Source: a virus (taxonomy: Duplodnaviria > Caudoviricetes). Taken from it: a stretch of 39,038 nucleotides of DNA. The stretch covers positions 1 to 39,038 of IMG/VR virus record IMGVR_UViG_3300027566_000158, one strand, 5' to 3'. Position 1 is the first letter of the stretch; every line of letters starts with the position of its first letter. The translations under genes were made by a program, and so were the position numbers. The notes below the pieces were generated by a model. That model made no database searches, was not told the DNA's origin, and was given only the letters and a program-made list of their open reading frames with translations. This document shows, piece after piece, positions 35,277 to 39,038 of the stretch.

Positions 35277-36701
35277 ATGGCAAGCGGATATTGGAGTGAG
35301 ACAGATAAACCAACTAGACCGGGTTTCTATAACAGATTTAAAGCAGCGGCCTTATCAAGAATACAAGCTGGGAAACGTGGAATAGTTACGATGCCTGTAA
35401 AAGCAAATTGGGGTCCAGTTAAAACAGTAGTTTCAATAACTTCTGAAAAAGATTTAGGTATTAAATTCGGAAGTGATACTAACTTTACAGCTTATAAACT
35501 TGGAAGGTTAGCACTATTAGGTCAACCTAAAGAACTCTTATTATACAGACTTGCAGATGGTACTGAGGCTGTAGCTACTATTACATTAAAAGATACAACT
35601 GCGACACCTGTAAATGTATTAAAACTTGATACTAAGTATCCAACAACAAGAGAGTTTAATGTTACAGTTAGGAGCAACATTGTTGATGGAACTAAAAAGG
35701 ATATTGTTCTATTTGAAGGTACAACTCAAGTATATGTATTTTCTGCATTAACAGGAACAATGGATCAAATAGTTGCTGCAATAAATGATAATCAAGAGAA
35801 TTTATGGCTAAATGCAACTAAAATAGCAGCTGGAAATGGAACTCTAGCAAATGTTAGTAATCAGCCTTTAACAGGTGGAAATAACGGTGCAGCATCAGTT
35901 ACAAATCAAAATTATATTGAGGCCATGGCAGCTTTTGAAAGCGTAAAATTTAATGGTTTTAGCTTAGACGGCATTACAGATCCATCTCTGCATACAAGTG
36001 TTAAATCTTGGGTAGAGAGAAATAGGCTAAATGGTAAGAAGATAAAAGCTTATCTAGGTGGTACCTCAGAAGAAACTATAGTTCAAGCAAATGATAAATC
36101 AAAGTCATTCAATTATGAAGGCATTCACTATGCTGGAGCAGTAGGAGGAGTATTAGACGGAATTGAATATACTCCATCAGAAACAGCTTGCTATATAGCA
36201 GCTTTAGGCGAAGGACAAGACTTAAAGGAAAGCTTATGTAATGCTAAAACAGTATTCCAGAATGTAACTAAGAATCTAACTGATGAGGAAATAAAAAGTG
36301 CATTAGCTGCTGGAACTATGGTTCTTAGATATGATGATGGAGCAGTTGTTATTGAAGATGATGTAAATACTCTTAAAATCTATGGAACAGATCAAGATGA
36401 AACATGGGGATACTTAAGGGCTATTAAGTTCATGGATGCAGTTGATGAAGATACTAGTTCTACAGGAAATGGTCAGTATGTAGGAAAAGTTACAAATGGA
36501 AGAACCGGTCAATTAGCATTACTATCAGCTTTAAAACAATATTTTGAAACCCTTGAAGCTGCAGGGCTAATAGAAGATTTTACAGTTGAAACAGATAAGG
36601 AGCTACAATCTAATGCTAAAAATGATGAGTTCTATTGGAGATGGAGTGCTCAATACATCAATGTTATGAAGAAGATACTTGGAACAGGATATATAAGATA
36701 G
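35277..36701 (+). CDS. Contractile tail sheath protein (XkdK-like)
   Basis: RPGFY, ANWGP, LTGG..G, IEDDVNTL, YVGKV.N. Confidence 0.92.
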   Translation: MASGYWSETDKPTRPGFYNRFKAAALSRIQAGKRGIVTMPVKANWGPVKTVVSITSEKDLGIKFGSDTNFTAYKLGRLALLGQPKELLLYRLADGTEAVATITLKDTTATPVNVLKLDTKYPTTREFNVTVRSNIVDGTKKDIVLFEGTTQVYVFSALTGTMDQIVAAINDNQENLWLNATKIAAGNGTLANVSNQPLTGGNNGAASVTNQNYIEAMAAFESVKFNGFSLDGITDPSLHTSVKSWVERNRLNGKKIKAYLGGTSEETIVQANDKSKSFNYEGIHYAGAVGGVLDGIEYTPSETACYIAALGEGQDLKESLCNAKTVFQNVTKNLTDEEIKSALAAGTMVLRYDDGAVVIEDDVNTLKIYGTDQDETWGYLRAIKFMDAVDEDTSSTGNGQYVGKVTNGRTGQLALLSALKQYFETLEAAGLIEDFTVETDKELQSNAKNDEFYWRWSAQYINVMKKILGTGYIR

Positions 36702-36711
36702 GAGGGATAGT

Positions 36712-37122
36712 ATGTCTTTAGATGCTTCAAGAACTATACATGGTTCTAGTGGAAAAATATTAGTAGATGGTCAATGGCAGACAAATTTAACTGAATGCAC
36801 TGCTGATGTTGAACTTGATAAAAAAGAATTAAATTTACTTGGAGATGATTGGACTAGATACAAAAAGGGTAATAAAAAGGGTACAGGTTCAATGAGTGGA
36901 TATAAAATTTCCTCTGCTATGATTGAAAGAGGATTTGGTAGATTTGAGATAATAACAGCTTTAGAAGATCCTGAAGCTTATGGATTTGAAAGAATAAGGC
37001 TTAAAAATTGTATGGCAGATAAATTGCAACTTGTTAATTTAAAAGCTAATGAATTAGTAGAAGAGGAAACACCGTTTACTTTCGAAGGCTATGAATTGTT
37101 AGATAAAATTGAAATTCAATAA
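36712..37122 (+). CDS. Tail tube protein (XkdM-like)
   Basis: G.GSM..YK, LEDPEAYG.ERI.L, EEETPFTF. Confidence 0.9.
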   Translation: MSLDASRTIHGSSGKILVDGQWQTNLTECTADVELDKKELNLLGDDWTRYKKGNKKGTGSMSGYKISSAMIERGFGRFEIITALEDPEAYGFERIRLKNCMADKLQLVNLKANELVEEETPFTFEGYELLDKIEIQ

Positions 37123-37140
37123 TTTTAGGAGGGTATCATT

Positions 37141-37584
37141 ATGGCAGATAATAAAAAAATAACTGATGAAGAAATACTAAACATGACCGAGGAGCAAATC
37201 ATTGAAAAACTCATGGAGCCTACAAAAGTACCACAGGCTACATACTTTATTGACAGAGTTGGAATTCCGGTAACACTTAAAGGATTAAGTGAAAGGGAAA
37301 TAAATAGAATTAGAAAAGAGTGCACCTATACCAGAAAAGAAAGAGGCAAGAGAATTGAAAAGCTGGATGATGAAGAATTTAATGCAGCACTAATTGAATC
37401 AGCTACTGTTACTCCTAATTGGAATAATGAAAAGTTGCTTGATTCATTAAAAGCTTCAGATGGAAGACAATTTATAAGAAAAAAGTTCCTTGCTGGAGAG
37501 ACTTCTTCAATGGCAGATAGGATACTTGAATTAAGTGGTTTTGATAATGAATTAGAGGAGATTGAAGATATAAAAAACTCATAA
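37141..37584 (+). CDS. Tail assembly chaperone (XkdN-like)
   Basis: FLAGE...ILELSGF...IKNS; between tube and tape measure. Confidence 0.85.
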   Translation: MADNKKITDEEILNMTEEQIIEKLMEPTKVPQATYFIDRVGIPVTLKGLSEREINRIRKECTYTRKERGKRIEKLDDEEFNAALIESATVTPNWNNEKLLDSLKASDGRQFIRKKFLAGETSSMADRILELSGFDNELEEIEDIKNS

Positions 37585-37757
37585 CTCGGGGTGGTAAGAT
37601 TTGTGCTTTATATAATTTGTTTGTAAAGCATGATATGGACCCCGATTTTATTATGTCGAGAAGTGATATGGCGAGGAAATTACTCTTCGCCTTTTCTGAT
37701 TATGAGATACAAGAAGAAAATAAAGAAAGAGAAAAAGCTAGTGTCCCGAAGGGGTGA
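37572..37757 (+). other. Programmed -1 frameshift extension of the tail chaperone (G/GT type)
   Basis: Slippery A-AAA-AAC at 37572-37578 just before the TAA; -1 frame open (LITRGGKICALYNLFVKHDMDPDF...EIQEENKEREKASVPKG) to TGA 37755-37757. Confidence 0.8.
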
Positions 37758-37762
37758 TTTGA

Positions 37763-39038
37763 TTGGCTGCAAGAGAAATATATCGATTAGATATAAATAT
37801 AGGTGTAACAGGTGATAATACATCACGAAGGCAATTAAGTGCTTTAGAAAGATATACACAACAAACCGAACGAAGAATGAATAGATTAAATAGAATACAG
37901 GCTAGTCCATCAGTAAGGTTAAATGATAGAATGACTAGGCCACTAAATACTATAGAATCTAGAATTAATAGTTTTAGCAAAACTGCAATTAAAAAATTAG
38001 CTGCCGTTGCAACTGCTGGTACTCTTATATTAGGAGGACTTGGTATTGGTTCAACAATAAACACATTCATGGATTTTGAAGCTAAGATGTCTAATGTTGC
38101 TGCTATTTCAGAAGCTACACAAAGTGAAGTAAAATTACTTACAGATCAAGCTAAGGAATTAGGAGCGAGTACCGCTTTTAGTGCTTCACAAGCAGCAGAT
38201 GGTATGGCTAACTTAGCATCCGCAGGATTTTCAGTAAAAGAAACGATATCGGCAATGCCAGGTATGCTGAATTTAGCAGCAGCAGGGGCTGTAGATATTG
38301 CAACAGCTTCAGATATAGCAGCATCCACATTACGTGGATTTGGGCTTGAAGCAAAACAAGCGACACATGTAGCTGATGTTTTAGCAAAGACAGCAAGTGC
38401 AACTAACGCAGGTATAACTGATACTGGTGAAGCTATGAAATATATTGCTCCGGTTGCGAATGCTATGGGTATATCATTAGAGGAAGTTAGTGCTTCCATA
38501 GGACTAATGGCCAATGCTGGAATAAAAGGAGGGCAGTCTGGAACTACATTAAGATCAGCTTTAAGTAGACTCGCTAGTCCTTCAAAAGAGGCTTCTAATT
38601 TAATGAATAAGCTTGGCTTTGCAGCATTTGATAGTAAAGGTAAAATGCTATCCTTGAGTAAAATAGTACAAAACTTGCAAAATAGTACGAAAAATCTAAC
38701 GGATGAGCAGAAACAAAATGCTATTGCTACTATCTTCGGACAGGAAGCTATGAGCGGAATGCTTAGCTTAATACAAGCAGGACCTCAAGAATTAAGTAAA
38801 CTGACGCAAAGTTTTATTACAGCTGATGGAGCTGCAGAGAAGATGGCTAAAACTCAGCAAGATAATCTTAAAGGTGCGTTAGATCAATTGAGCGGTGCAG
38901 TGGAAACATTGAAAATTAATGTTGGAGAAAAATTAGCACCGTATATAAAAGAATTTGCCAAGTGGCTAACAGATAAAATGCCTGAAATAGAAAATGGTGT
39001 CATGGGTGTAGTTGACAAAGTATCGGATTTGGCAGAAA
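37763..39038 (+). CDS. Tail tape measure protein (partial, runs off right edge)
   Basis: Manual translation from TTG 37763: MAAREIYRLDINIGV...FEAKMSNVAAIS...AKELGASTAFSASQAADGM..LASAGF...MANAGIKGGQSGTTLR; RBS AGGGGTG. Confidence 0.93.
   Translation, partial: MAAREIYRLDINIGVTGDNTSRRQLSALERYTQQTERRMNRLNRIQASPSVRLNDRMTRPLNTIESRINSFSKTAIKKLAAVATAGTLILGGLGIGSTINTFMDFEAKMSNVAAISEATQSEVKLLTDQAKELGASTAFSASQAADGMANLASAGFSVKETISAMPGMLNLAAAGAVDIATASDIAASTLRGFGLEAKQATHVADVLAKTASATNAGITDTGEAMKYIAPVANAMGISLEEVSASIGLMANAGIKGGQSGTTLRSALSRLASPSKEASNLMNKLGFAAFDSKGKMLSLSKIVQNLQNSTKNLTDEQKQNAIATIFGQEAMSGMLSLIQAGPQELSKLTQSFITADGAAEKMAKTQQDNLKGALDQLSGAVETLKINVGEKLAPYIKEFAKWLTDKMPEIENGVMGVVDKVSDLAE

Larger units (their letters stand above)
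1..39038. mobile_element. Temperate phage/prophage, myovirus-like (contractile tail), Clostridium-type; continues beyond the right edge
   Basis: Canonical module order integrase - immunity switch - replication - packaging - head - tail sheath/tube - tape measure; no host housekeeping genes seen. Confidence 0.97.

Noticed and set aside
9192-38514. Minus-strand ORFs in the track across the early and late operons, plus off-frame plus-strand ORFs (16274, 27519, 37630)
   Set aside because: All overlap well-supported phage genes and lack recognisable motifs or RBS.
1-39038. CRISPR array, tRNA/rRNA, IS element, intron/intein, reverse transcriptase or DGR
   Set aside because: No repeat-spacer array, cloverleaf, transposase, RT or interrupted core gene noticed by eye; a covariance-model scan would be needed to exclude small RNAs.

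Overview
The whole window is the left ~39 kb of a low-GC temperate phage/prophage of a Clostridium-like Firmicute with a contractile (PBSX/Xkd-like) tail. Order: large serine integrase (minus strand, ending at the window edge); a two-gene accessory cassette (TcmP-type methyltransferase-fold protein plus SPL-like radical SAM protein, the latter with its own sigma-A promoter containing a LexA/SOS box); ImmA protease, XRE repressor and Cro switch with 18-bp palindromic operators; early recombination/replication genes (SMC-like ATPase, YqaJ, RecT, DnaD-type initiator with iterons, DnaC-like loader, HD protein, AbrB, MazG-like, RecU, radical SAM plus C5 methyltransferase, SSB); ArpU/RinA-like late activator; a membrane-protein moron with its own promoter and terminator; ParB-methyltransferase; terminases, portal, MuF-metallopeptidase toxin plus small partner; head, neck, sheath, tube, frameshifted tail chaperone; and the start of the tape measure gene. 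Best candidates for something new: the TcmP / SOS-boxed radical SAM pair (possible DNA modify-and-repair toxin-antitoxin or prophage defence module) and the apparent long-range RNA antiterminator around the membrane-protein moron. All family assignments come from motif recognition by eye; no searches were run.
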